From Candidatus Poribacteria bacterium (GTDB taxonomy: Bacteria > Poribacteria > WGA-4E > WGA-3G): a stretch of DNA of 64,000 nt. The notes under the pieces were generated by a model. It was not told where the DNA came from. It was given only the letters and a program-made list of their open reading frames with translations, and searched no databases. Below are positions 10,223 to 19,973 of the stretch, piece after piece. The DNA lies in assembly GCA_012267415.1 (NCBI GenBank), contig JAAXGN010000036.1, positions 122,058 to 186,057 of the forward strand. The letters run 5' to 3'. Numbering within the stretch: position 1 is the first letter of the stretch; the number at the start of each line of letters is the position of its first letter. A program made the translations under genes and the position numbers.

Positions 10223-10391
10223 ATTCCAACCTATCAAATTAGGTGCTTAATCATCTCGTATGGCTTTGCCCAACTCACGAGCTTTGTCTAAGATGAATCC
10301 CCACAAAGTCTTTCGCAGTAAGAAAGCAAGCGTTAGGAATGAAGAGAGGGTAGCGGACAGGATATCTATCCGCTATAAAACACTAAAACGA

Positions 10392-10733
10392 CTAACCCAT
10401 CGCAGCATGGACGATTATTCCGAGCGAGACTATGACACCCGCGACAGCAATACCTGCGGCTACGTTGTTTTCTTCCGCGATTTGCCTATTGAGATCATAA
10501 GGTGTTGCGAGATCAAATACCTTATATCCGATCATCAGTATGATTAATCCGACGATGCTGAAGATTGCCACTAAAATAATATCTGTAGCAATTACCTTCC
10601 AAGGGAATAGTGCCGGATCGTCTGCACCATCTTCTGCATCTTGTGCTATTGCTTGTGTAGCAACTATAGCAAAGGCAATGATGGATATCATAACTAAAGC
10701 AAATGTGAGTGATACGATTCTTTTAGCTTTCAT
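10392..10733 (-). CDS. DUF350-like small membrane protein
   Basis: Signal/TM helices. GYKVFDLATPYDL...IAEENNVAAGI is typical of DUF350. Confidence 0.75.
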   Translation of the reverse strand: MKAKRIVSLTFALVMISIIAFAIVATQAIAQDAEDGADDPALFPWKVIATDIILVAIFSIVGLIILMIGYKVFDLATPYDLNRQIAEENNVAAGIAVAGVIVSLGIIVHAAMG

Positions 10734-10775
10734 GGTTCCTCCTAAGGGTAAGGTGTCCCTTTGATGAGAGTTTAC

Positions 10776-10890
10776 TATAGTGAATTTCAGAATTCATGAA
10801 ACGTTTCACAACGGGCGAGGGAACCTCGCCCCTACGCGAGGTAGTCTCCGCAAACGCTGAAATTTCTCTTTTATTTTCAACTTTACCAAA
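10776..10890. mobile_element. MITE with TATAGT-type termini enclosing a GTAG REP hairpin (family C)
   Basis: TATAGTGAATTTCAG...ACGGGCGAGGGAACCTCGCCCCTAC...AACTTTAC. Similar copies at 35519-35654, 38925-39025 and 60019-60130. Confidence 0.7.
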
Positions 10891-10968
10891 GTGTATAGGT
10901 ATGGATCAATATCTATACTTGTCTATTGTAATTTAACACTTTACGAAAATTCATAAAATAAATCAACA

Positions 10969-13900
10969 CTATTTTTTGAGTTGAAACTGCATATCAGTTG
11001 TGGTATGTATCTGTTTAATCAGGATTGCATCTTTTTCAGGGATATATTGCCATCCAGATGTGACCTCTTCTAAAGCGTCGACGTGTGGAATCTCAAATTC
11101 TGGAGTATCGGTCTCATCCCCCTTGGTTCCGCGTGCGGTGATAACAGATGGTGGTTTGCCATAACCTACAATCAACGTATGGCTTGTTTCATTTTCAGCA
11201 TAGTTCAGAGACCAATTGACTGTTCCGTTCCGCGAAGTTGAGATGGCATCAGGTATTGCACCAGAACTCAGATGGATAGAACCTGCAATTACGGTCTTAA
11301 CATCCGGATCGAGACCACGAAGTGAGTAGACATTAACCATAATATCTTCAGGATTAAGATGGGGACCTTTACCTTCAGTACAGAACCCGTAGAATCCGTC
11401 GGGATACGTGCCTTTTAGCTCACCATCTGTCCACTGCTGATACATTGCACTGGTGGTAGTTCCTTCAGCGATTTTCTGCCATTTATCGTCTTTTGCGTAT
11501 TGGTTTAGCCGTTGTAGATAGTATGCATAGACTAAACCGTTCCATTGAACTGGGACTCCGAACCATGGGTGTGTGTAAAATGTTGTTCCAAAAACAGGTA
11601 TTGAAGCGTAGAGCATTCCCGGTCGATCCGGTAGATGCCAATGATAGAGGAAAGGGAGTCCTGCATTCGCCCAGTATTCTGCGCGTCTCAGATACGATTT
11701 ATTACCAGTTATCTGATGTGCTTCCACATAAGCACCCACTGCGTGTGCAGCTGCGAGGAGATCGGGTTGATACAAGGGACATTCCCACGCTTGTGCGCCG
11801 CGAGGAACAAAGAATCGGTCCATAAAAGAGAGTGCTTTTCTACCAGCATCAAGAGAGGCATTGTGTCGTGTGATGCGTGCATGTTTGAGCAGTTTAAGGG
11901 CGTTCGCTGCACATGTCCCGAGAACAGCATCACCGGTTTTTCCGAGACTTTGCGTTCTTTCAGAAGCGGGTTGAAAACTCCAACTACCGTCCTTCGCTTG
12001 CGATTCAAGTAGTGGCTGCACTTCGTCTTCATAACGTGTTAGTGCTGCATCTAAATGTCCATAGTAAAATGGAAACTCACCACCGAGGATATGACAGGAA
12101 CCACGTCCAGCTAAACCACCGGCACCACTATCTGCAATCGTTTTTTGAGCTATTTCAGTCACACGGTGTTTTACATCTTCAGACTGCGTTACAAGGTAAT
12201 CGTACCAGAGTAAAGTAGCGAAACTCGGTTCGTTTCGTGAATCCCAATCTACACAGTGTCTGGATTGCCTTTTTTCTGCATCCCAGACAGAGTGCATAAA
12301 ACCGTGTCTTGAGAGTTCAATCTCCTCTACATCATCCCGTGGAGGTTCAGGTGGTTCAGGGATACCGTAGGCAGCAGTCCAATGCGATATTGATTCGAGA
12401 ATTGAAGCGTTCCCATCTGCTATAATTTCACATTCAAGTGAGATTGGGCGTTCTGGTGTTATCTGATATGCGTTTTCAGCGACCTGTTCATTCTCATTAA
12501 CCCAATTTGGCACGGTGGGGAGAAATAGTCCCATCAGATGGTTTCTTTGCTGATCATGCCAGTTGGGTGAAGCAAAAATCGCGGACAGATTCTGTTCATT
12601 TCCGTCCCAACTTTTCATAGGATCCCATGCGATACCAATTACAGACTTCTGCATCTCAACCGCCATCACAGGAATAGTGATTTTATAGGGATGTGGAACT
12701 AACCTATTGTTTATGGGTGGTGCTGCATCCCGTGTATTTGATGAAGGTTCGTCTTCCTGAAGGAATTCCAGTCCGGGGAATAGTGCTGCGGTTTTCTTTT
12801 CGCGAGTACTCTTGTGTCCAGCATATATTTCTGTTCCTTGGAATGCAAGAAGTTCCCGTTCAGCATCAACCTGCAAATTGTATGTCGCTTTGATTCGTTT
12901 TGCTTCCTCCGCAAGAACAAATTGTAGTTGCAATTTCCAGGTTACGCCGTCTATGTCTTTGTGTTCACCAGATAAGCGGATGATGGCTTCTCCAAGATTA
13001 TTCCCAGACAGTTGAACGTTATCAGGAACAAATTGTAGGTTATGCCTTGTTCCATCTGAAATGTAAGTCGCCATTGCGATCATTTTAGATGTAGCAATCT
13101 GTTGATATGTACTTCCTTTTGCCACATAAATTGCATAAAACTCGTATCCCGTTTCTTGTCTTTCGGGTAGGTCCTTTTTTTGTCTTCTATTGACGGATTG
13201 GAATATGTCGCCACTATGGACAAAAACAACTCTGAGATACTTATTCCCGATGACCACATGTTCTCTATGCATATAAGTATATAATTCGGTTTCTACTTGT
13301 GCTTCAAGTTTCGGTACTGCTGGTAGAATTTTTATTATACCTTCTTTTTTCCCTTTACCTTGCACATGACGAGATTTGAGTGAGACGTTAAAATTGAGCG
13401 TGGTTGGTCGTGAAACACCGCGTGCGTACCAGACAAGGGTAGTCGTCTCGTCTGGGCCGAGTGTTTTCACGTTTTGTGATGATCTACCCCTCCTTAACTT
13501 AATATCGCTGATACTTAGTCGCGTCTTATCGTCCGCCAAAAGGGGGCCTGCTCCGATGTTTCTGATTGTGCATTGGACTTCAAACGCTTCTCCCGTACTG
13601 ATGACTGCTGCTGTCGTTCCTACACTGACGATCTCTAATTTCGGTTGTGCTACATAGAGTGTTATTTCGATAGGTTCTACTTCTAATTCTTGTTGGATAA
13701 TAGCCATTATTTCGTGTGCTGGTGTCAACTTATCAACATTGAATTCGATCAGAGCAGTGCGATCTTCAGGCAAAGTCGCAAATGCAATTCCACATTGGAT
13801 TACTGAAGGGTGTTCCTGTTGTCCGTCAGGTCTTGTGAGTTTGATAAGTTTTGGGTGTCCCCACAATCCCCAGGCGTAGTTGCTATCACCCTCAACATTG

Positions 13901-14868
13901 CATTCAGTCATAAGGACGATCTGAACCTTCTGCCCAGCAAAACGTGTAATATCTACGTTATATGGTGTCCACTGACATTCTGTGGATACGGACTCAAAAC
14001 ACTTTTCACCTGCGATCTCAATAGCGAACTTGACACCGCCAGGGTGTCTTTGCGGATCATCAAATATAACACCATCTCTAAGACCAATATTGAAATATAT
14101 GTGGAGATTCTCATTTTCTTCAGTCGAAGGTAAATCTAATTCATAGATGATACGCGACACACCGTTTAATGGTGGATGTTCAAGAATAGCAGGTTTTGTG
14201 ACACCGCCAGATGAATCTGCCATGTTGACCGAAATGTGTTCCGAACCCGTGCATTCACTCTTCTCAAACGTAGCCACAAAATCATACAGTTCTACACTTT
14301 CGCCGAGAGAAAACTGTATTTCTTGTTCAGTTGGTTCTGTTATTTCTTCAATTTCCTCAGTTGTTTCATCCGTTTCGGTTGTATCTTCTATTACGGTTAC
14401 TACTTCAATATCTGGTATTGGAGCAACCTCAGTTATTGTTATTTCTTCTGTCGTGCCCTGCGTAGCAGTTGTCTGTTCAGCATCGGTTGTCTGGTCAACT
14501 ACATAAGAATTTTCATCCGTAGTCTGAGGAGTTTCTCCTGTTTCTTCAAAAGGTTCCGATGTTTCGTCGACCTCGACTGTTTCATTAGCATGTTCTTCCT
14601 TATCTGGTTTTGGTGGTTCATCAGACTGAGAGTCAGATTCGGCAACATCTTGGGATGTTTCTTCAGGTACTGTTTCTGATTCATCCGTCATTTGCGTGTC
14701 ATCAGATGAATCGGCATCTATATTCTCTTCGTCATGTTCTGTGTTATCTGGTTCTTGTGTTTCATGTGAATGTTCAGACTCTGGTTGATCCTGATCATCT
14801 ACCTCCTCACTATTCTGTGTATCTTCTTCTATTTTTTCGGTAAGTGAATGTTGGAAAAACGTCTGCAT
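10969..14868 (-). CDS. Large hypothetical protein: acidic disordered N-terminus, beta-sandwich/CARDB-like modules, probable (alpha/alpha) barrel
   Basis: About 1300 aa; AGGAG precedes ATG 14868. First ~190 aa are E/D/T-rich. Contains EVQCTIRNIGAGP (CARDB-like) and a Trp/Tyr-rich helical C-terminal half. Confidence 0.7.
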   Translation of the reverse strand: MQTFFQHSLTEKIEEDTQNSEEVDDQDQPESEHSHETQEPDNTEHDEENIDADSSDDTQMTDESETVPEETSQDVAESDSQSDEPPKPDKEEHANETVEVDETSEPFEETGETPQTTDENSYVVDQTTDAEQTTATQGTTEEITITEVAPIPDIEVVTVIEDTTETDETTEEIEEITEPTEQEIQFSLGESVELYDFVATFEKSECTGSEHISVNMADSSGGVTKPAILEHPPLNGVSRIIYELDLPSTEENENLHIYFNIGLRDGVIFDDPQRHPGGVKFAIEIAGEKCFESVSTECQWTPYNVDITRFAGQKVQIVLMTECNVEGDSNYAWGLWGHPKLIKLTRPDGQQEHPSVIQCGIAFATLPEDRTALIEFNVDKLTPAHEIMAIIQQELEVEPIEITLYVAQPKLEIVSVGTTAAVISTGEAFEVQCTIRNIGAGPLLADDKTRLSISDIKLRRGRSSQNVKTLGPDETTTLVWYARGVSRPTTLNFNVSLKSRHVQGKGKKEGIIKILPAVPKLEAQVETELYTYMHREHVVIGNKYLRVVFVHSGDIFQSVNRRQKKDLPERQETGYEFYAIYVAKGSTYQQIATSKMIAMATYISDGTRHNLQFVPDNVQLSGNNLGEAIIRLSGEHKDIDGVTWKLQLQFVLAEEAKRIKATYNLQVDAERELLAFQGTEIYAGHKSTREKKTAALFPGLEFLQEDEPSSNTRDAAPPINNRLVPHPYKITIPVMAVEMQKSVIGIAWDPMKSWDGNEQNLSAIFASPNWHDQQRNHLMGLFLPTVPNWVNENEQVAENAYQITPERPISLECEIIADGNASILESISHWTAAYGIPEPPEPPRDDVEEIELSRHGFMHSVWDAEKRQSRHCVDWDSRNEPSFATLLWYDYLVTQSEDVKHRVTEIAQKTIADSGAGGLAGRGSCHILGGEFPFYYGHLDAALTRYEDEVQPLLESQAKDGSWSFQPASERTQSLGKTGDAVLGTCAANALKLLKHARITRHNASLDAGRKALSFMDRFFVPRGAQAWECPLYQPDLLAAAHAVGAYVEAHQITGNKSYLRRAEYWANAGLPFLYHWHLPDRPGMLYASIPVFGTTFYTHPWFGVPVQWNGLVYAYYLQRLNQYAKDDKWQKIAEGTTTSAMYQQWTDGELKGTYPDGFYGFCTEGKGPHLNPEDIMVNVYSLRGLDPDVKTVIAGSIHLSSGAIPDAISTSRNGTVNWSLNYAENETSHTLIVGYGKPPSVITARGTKGDETDTPEFEIPHVDALEEVTSGWQYIPEKDAILIKQIHTTTDMQFQLKK

Positions 14869-14910
14869 CTTAAATCTCCTCTGGTCAATTTTAATGTAAC
14901 ACAGCGACAT

Positions 14911-16059
14911 CTATTGCTTTTCCTGCCACTGTTTTTTCTTTTCTTTCATTTCATCATTGAGAACAAGGTCTCGGGATGGTGTTTGGTTTGCTTTGTCAAA
15001 AATCCAATTGCCATCTTCATCTTTTAGGACAGGTTTGCGTTGTTCAACGGGTAGTATACCGAACGGTTTATGTGGTTCTATCTGATACCAGTATGCAACT
15101 GAGGATGTCTCGTTGCTGAGATGGTTGCCGTGTCCGTGTTCAATTGTAACACGGATTTCCTTTTCAAAACGTATTGGGTTTTCAAGGTGATATACATAGG
15201 ATGTCTGGTAACCGTTCGTATTGCTTTCATGTATAGATGAACCGTTATGTGCAAATGCATTAGGTTGCATACCCCATGCCTGATTGAGATAGTCCTCTGA
15301 GCCGGTGCCGTGTAAATCTGGTGGCCATTTATAGCCATCAATCCATATCATATCATCACCTTCACCCCACCATGTTCCTTGAAAGTTGCTGACAGATAGA
15401 TTGCATCCGATATAATGTCCTTTTCCTTCTGCATCTAAAATTAGATAGTTGTTTTCCCATGCAAGCCGTTCAGCATTAACGATATTTGCTTCTGGTGTAT
15501 TGACTGTGATTTCGTGTCCCCATCCATCACAGGGATTCTCACGATGGAATTGTGCATGGAGATAAGCGATGTCCTCATCATGCGTTGTTGGGTAGAGTTC
15601 GTAATCTACATAGAAGTATTGCATGTGTGGTGAATCTCCCTCGTTTAGGAGTTCAATTCGCGCTGATCGGTTAAACGGCATCTGTAGGTAGCAGTTGAGT
15701 GCGCATCCAGTATTGAAGTGGTTATTGCTGTGTGTAGAAGCTGAGAAGGGAATGGAATCGTAGGAGTTAACGATTTCGTTTCCGAGACCGAAAAAATCTC
15801 CCAATGGACATAGTACACTCGGATGCTCTTCATCATCCCAAAACATCTGAATTAGCACGTTCCGATATCCGTTTGGTTGTGTCATCCAGATATGATTGAT
15901 ACATCCGGGACCTTTTATATCTGCGAGGACACGTGTTTCTCCGGGTGCGATATCCCATGCATCGTAGTTACGTCCTGTGGTATCCCAGGAGGATGCGCGC
16001 AGAGTTTTCGCTTCTTTCACACGCGTTAACGATGATAGTAATCCATTAGTGTAGTTCAT
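14911..16059 (-). CDS. DUF2961 / glycoside hydrolase family 172 protein
   Basis: SSWDTTGRN.D, GPGCINHIWMT, PLGDFFG, WWGEGDD, GTGSEDY, IEHGH, SSVAYWYQ motifs. Confidence 0.9.
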   Translation of the reverse strand: MNYTNGLLSSLTRVKEAKTLRASSWDTTGRNYDAWDIAPGETRVLADIKGPGCINHIWMTQPNGYRNVLIQMFWDDEEHPSVLCPLGDFFGLGNEIVNSYDSIPFSASTHSNNHFNTGCALNCYLQMPFNRSARIELLNEGDSPHMQYFYVDYELYPTTHDEDIAYLHAQFHRENPCDGWGHEITVNTPEANIVNAERLAWENNYLILDAEGKGHYIGCNLSVSNFQGTWWGEGDDMIWIDGYKWPPDLHGTGSEDYLNQAWGMQPNAFAHNGSSIHESNTNGYQTSYVYHLENPIRFEKEIRVTIEHGHGNHLSNETSSVAYWYQIEPHKPFGILPVEQRKPVLKDEDGNWIFDKANQTPSRDLVLNDEMKEKKKQWQEKQ

Positions 16060-16115
16060 TCAACCTATCCTTTTTTATAATTCCAATTTACAAATAATTT
16101 GAGCCAATTGAAGTA

Positions 16116-16586
16116 TTATGCAACTATCACTGGACCAACGGACTTGAGTACCCATTTTGCGTTTTTTCTCTCCCAAGTGTAAGTAGCCCAAGAAGCACTG
16201 AGATTGCCCTCTTCGTATCCCCCACGTATTTCAACGCTATTGCTACCAACTTTTTTATAGCTATCAATTCGGAACAGAAGACCTTTTCCCATTACGAATT
16301 CCGATCCCTTCCTCACAGGTGGAGAGTGTTTCTTAAACCGTCCAAGAAATTTCGGAGAAGGGTCTTTATTCTCAATCTGCAAGAAATATGCATCGGCATT
16401 CTTTTGCGCGCCAGAGTGATTATTCTCAAATTTATAGCGGAAAAACGCTTCAAATAGGTCAAGTGTATCGGCTTGGTATAGTAGTTCACCTTCCAATTTA
16501 GCACAGGAAGAAAATAAAACGATTGCCAAAATGTAGACAGTCAAGGCACACATTCTGTGTATTCCGCTATATAACGACATAAGCAT
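16116..16586 (-). CDS. Hypothetical lipoprotein
   Basis: GGAGG RBS, hydrophobic stretch and lipobox-like LFSSC. Confidence 0.6.
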   Translation of the reverse strand: MLMSLYSGIHRMCALTVYILAIVLFSSCAKLEGELLYQADTLDLFEAFFRYKFENNHSGAQKNADAYFLQIENKDPSPKFLGRFKKHSPPVRKGSEFVMGKGLLFRIDSYKKVGSNSVEIRGGYEEGNLSASWATYTWERKNAKWVLKSVGPVIVA

Positions 16587-16829
16587 GGACCTCCTATTAT
16601 ATCCAAAACCACTGTTAACGAAAAGTGGGTTTGATCAATAATTCAATAGATTTTTTCTAAAGTGAACTCTCTTGTAATAATGAAGTCATTATTACAAGAC
16701 AAAGGAATTCTACAATGCGTATTTTAACATTATCTCCTTTTTGCAAACCCCATGATACCATCTCATGCTCTTTGGGATACCATACTTGAAAGAATGCCGA
16801 GAATTTTAGTGAAATTACTATGCCATCTC

Positions 16830-17642
16830 TTATGCTTCCAGGACAACCTTCATCTTCTCCAACCCAATCCGAGCAACTTCCGCGGGGTCTTCCTCCCAAT
16901 AACTTGGATTGAAGAGTTCTAACGAGATTACACCTGTATAGTCTGCGTCCTGCAAAATAGAGATCATTCTCTTTAGATCCAAAATACCATCCCCTGGATA
17001 GACTCTATCGGCATCGGTTTGTTCTTCACGTGAAGGTTCGGCGGGTGCATCGTTAAAGTGGAACACTGCGATTTTATCGCCGGGAATGCCTTCCATATCC
17101 TCAATCTCTCCGCCACCCCGATAGATATGGAATGGGTCAAGGACAATCGTGCTGTCTGGATGATCAGCAACTTCTATGACTTTCCACGCATGTTTCACCT
17201 GATTTACACCATCAACGAAACCGAGGAATTCCATTGCAGGTTTCACACCGAATTCACGACCGAGTTCAAGCAGTTTACGATAGTTCTCACCACCCAATTG
17301 TAGGTCAGCTACTTCGCGCGGTGGACTTGAGATGATATAGGTCGCACCGACAGCGGCAGCTTGTGCCATCCGTTTTTTGGCATCCTCCAATGCATTTTCA
17401 AGTTCAACACCAGTGGCATTGAGCCATCCATGCAAGGCGATAACGGTGGGAACCGAAAGTCCATGATCGTCCAGTGCTTTCTTTACATCAGTGAGTGAAC
17501 CCCCCTGTTCTTCGTAATCTGTCAGATCGTTATTCCACAACTCTATAGCTGAATAACCTATTTCTCCAGCAATCCGAATTTTATCCATCAGATCAGCCGG
17601 ACGGATTGTGCTTGTATTTAACCCTAACTGAAATTGTCCCAT
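16830..17642 (-). CDS. Sugar phosphate isomerase/epimerase (xylose isomerase-like TIM barrel)
   Basis: GYSAIELW, MEFLGF, LDPFH, HFND, PGDGILD, ISLELF motifs. Confidence 0.9.
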   Translation of the reverse strand: MGQFQLGLNTSTIRPADLMDKIRIAGEIGYSAIELWNNDLTDYEEQGGSLTDVKKALDDHGLSVPTVIALHGWLNATGVELENALEDAKKRMAQAAAVGATYIISSPPREVADLQLGGENYRKLLELGREFGVKPAMEFLGFVDGVNQVKHAWKVIEVADHPDSTIVLDPFHIYRGGGEIEDMEGIPGDKIAVFHFNDAPAEPSREEQTDADRVYPGDGILDLKRMISILQDADYTGVISLELFNPSYWEEDPAEVARIGLEKMKVVLEA

Positions 17643-17651
17643 GCTATCTCC

Positions 17652-18455
17652 TTATTTTTTCATCAAGCTCCGAATAAATCTAACATCTACGCGGGCGAGA
17701 TCAATCACACTATCAACAGGTTCTCCGCTGTATTCGCTATGAAAACTGACAGGACCTGAAAAATCCATTGACTTTAATGTGTTAAGAGTTGTCTCCCAAT
17801 CAACAAATCCTTTCCCCATCCGGACGACTTTTCCGCCACGCATCCCAGGTGTACGTGCCAAGTCTTTGAAGGCGATGACAGCAAGGTGTGATCGGACAAT
17901 ATCAAGTGCCATGTTAATCGGTTCACCGACAATTGATAGGTGTCCAGTATCAGCAAATACACCGACATGTTGTGGGTCAAACCCTTTAACCAGATTCATC
18001 ACCGCACAGGAGTTTAACCCCATAGAGGTTCCTGAATGGTTGTGAATACAGGTTCTCGGACCATATTTTTCAGAGAGTTTCGAAAATCCGTCGAGTTGGC
18101 TTCTGATGGCATCAACCTGCGACCAGTAACCGCCATTATCTGCGTGCCAATGCCAATAACCGAGTTTGATATTCTCTATTCCTGCTTCACCAGCAGCAGC
18201 AGCATAGACTCGTTCTGTTTCGTCTTTTGATGGGTCTAAAAAATCTCCCGGCGTAGTGACAAGTGGAATAGATAAACCAGATTCTGCAAACATTTTTGAT
18301 GCTGCGGGTAGTTCTTTCTCTGCGTTTTCAGGGTTTACAGGATATCCGGGACGCACACAAAGGTCAGCACCTTCAACCTCAACTGCCTGTAATGCAGTGA
18401 TAATTTCTGGTAGTGCTAACCCTTGTAGATGTTTTGTGAACATTATAAATTTCAT
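17652..18455 (-). CDS. Sugar phosphate isomerase/epimerase (TIM barrel)
   Basis: DLCVRPG, HNHSG, DTGH, FKD, G.G.VDW, SFHSEY motifs. Confidence 0.88.
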   Translation of the reverse strand: MKFIMFTKHLQGLALPEIITALQAVEVEGADLCVRPGYPVNPENAEKELPAASKMFAESGLSIPLVTTPGDFLDPSKDETERVYAAAAGEAGIENIKLGYWHWHADNGGYWSQVDAIRSQLDGFSKLSEKYGPRTCIHNHSGTSMGLNSCAVMNLVKGFDPQHVGVFADTGHLSIVGEPINMALDIVRSHLAVIAFKDLARTPGMRGGKVVRMGKGFVDWETTLNTLKSMDFSGPVSFHSEYSGEPVDSVIDLARVDVRFIRSLMKK

Positions 18456-18521
18456 GATAGATATTCTTTCTATTGTTAGTTATTCGTTTTCAGTTTTCAA
18501 CTGGCTGTTGAGAACTATTCC

Positions 18522-19625
18522 TTACCAATCCACGACAGAACCATCATCAGGATGGTAGGATTCTGGGTTTCTCCAATCGTGGTCAATTTTATCTTCAAGC
18601 GCATCTTCGTCCAACTCGATTCCTAATCCTGGTGCTGTTGGTAGTTCAACAAAACCGTCTTTAAAAACGAATGGATTCTTGAGATAACCTTCACCGAGTG
18701 TTGTATGTTCTTGCATCACGAAATTTGGTATGGATGCATCTAACTGGATGCAGGCTGCTAAGGAGATAGGTCCAAGTGGATTGTGGGGTGCGATGCCGCC
18801 ATAGTATGCTTCTGCCATACCTGCGATGATACGGACTTCGTTTATACCCCCCGCATGACACAGGTCTGGTTGTAAGATTGATGCAGCTTGTTTTTCCAAG
18901 ATTTCACGGAAACCCCATTTTGTGAAGATTCGTTCTCCTGTTGCAATGGGTAGATGTGTGCTCCGTGCAATTTCTGCAAGTACGTCCACATTTTGACACT
19001 GTATCGGTTCCTCAACAAACATCGGTTGATACGGTTCTAACGCCTTAATCAAGACCTTTGCTGTCTGTGGACTTACTGCCCCGTGGAAGTCAATAGCCAA
19101 GTCTACCTCAGTACCCGCTGCTTCACGTAGTGCAGCAAAATGATTGACGGCTTTATCAATGAATGCTTTATTCTCGATTATTCGTGCGGGTCTCCCCCCA
19201 GCAACACCTGTTTTGAAAGCGGTGAATCCTTTGTCAATCCATTCTCTGATTCCATCAGGGTTGCCGCCACCTTTGTACAATCGGATACGGTCGCGTGTGG
19301 GTCCACCGAAGAGTCGATAAACAGGAACACCGAGTGATTTACCTGCTAAATCCCAAAGAGCTTGTTCAACGCCACTTAATGCGCTTGTGAGGATGGGTCC
19401 GCCTCTGTAAAATGCATGCCGATACATGGCTTGCCAATGATGGACGACGCGTGTAGGGTCTTGACCGATGAGGTATGGCGCGAGTTCGTCAACCGCTTGT
19501 GCGCATGTTTTTGCGCGCCCTTCTAAAATCGGTTCACCGAGGCCGACTAAACCTTCATCGGTATGTATTTTTAGAAAGAGCCAGCGTGGTTGCACAAGGA
19601 AGGTTTCTAACTTCGTTATTTTCAT
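18522..19625 (-). CDS. dgoD: Galactonate dehydratase (mandelate racemase/enolase superfamily)
   Basis: MKITKLETFLVQPRWLFLKI, FYRGGPILTSALSG, IDFHG, EEP, ATGER, QPDLCHAGGI, APHNPLGP, DGSVVDW. Confidence 0.9.
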   Translation of the reverse strand: MKITKLETFLVQPRWLFLKIHTDEGLVGLGEPILEGRAKTCAQAVDELAPYLIGQDPTRVVHHWQAMYRHAFYRGGPILTSALSGVEQALWDLAGKSLGVPVYRLFGGPTRDRIRLYKGGGNPDGIREWIDKGFTAFKTGVAGGRPARIIENKAFIDKAVNHFAALREAAGTEVDLAIDFHGAVSPQTAKVLIKALEPYQPMFVEEPIQCQNVDVLAEIARSTHLPIATGERIFTKWGFREILEKQAASILQPDLCHAGGINEVRIIAGMAEAYYGGIAPHNPLGPISLAACIQLDASIPNFVMQEHTTLGEGYLKNPFVFKDGFVELPTAPGLGIELDEDALEDKIDHDWRNPESYHPDDGSVVDW

Positions 19626-19909
19626 GGCTGCTTTACCTTTTTCATATTTGACAAGATGGTCACCTATAATACCATCATATACAGAATATGTCAATCTGTT
19701 TTCAGATGAGCACCATTGCTAAATTTTATCCATTCATGTATAATTGCGGTTAAGATAATATGAGAAATACGCATTAAAGTGGCACACAGAACGTCACTAC
19801 GTCTTTTAAACACCTAACTAATTTTCAGTTACTTACCCACGCTTCCTCTTTAGTTAAACTCAGACCTTCGTCATATTCTCTAAAAAATTGTTAGAATTAA
19901 TTCATTTTA

Positions 19910-19938
19910 TGCAACCTTTGCAACTCATATCAGAGTCT
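19910..19938 (+). promoter_or_regulatory. Possible ECF-type (autoregulatory) promoter
   Basis: TGCAACC-N16-GAGTCT about 35 bp upstream of the ECF gene resembles the AAC...GTC ECF consensus; spacing slightly long. Confidence 0.3.
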
Positions 19939-19973
19939 TTATATTTTAAAGTAGCCAATTTTGGAGAAGATAC

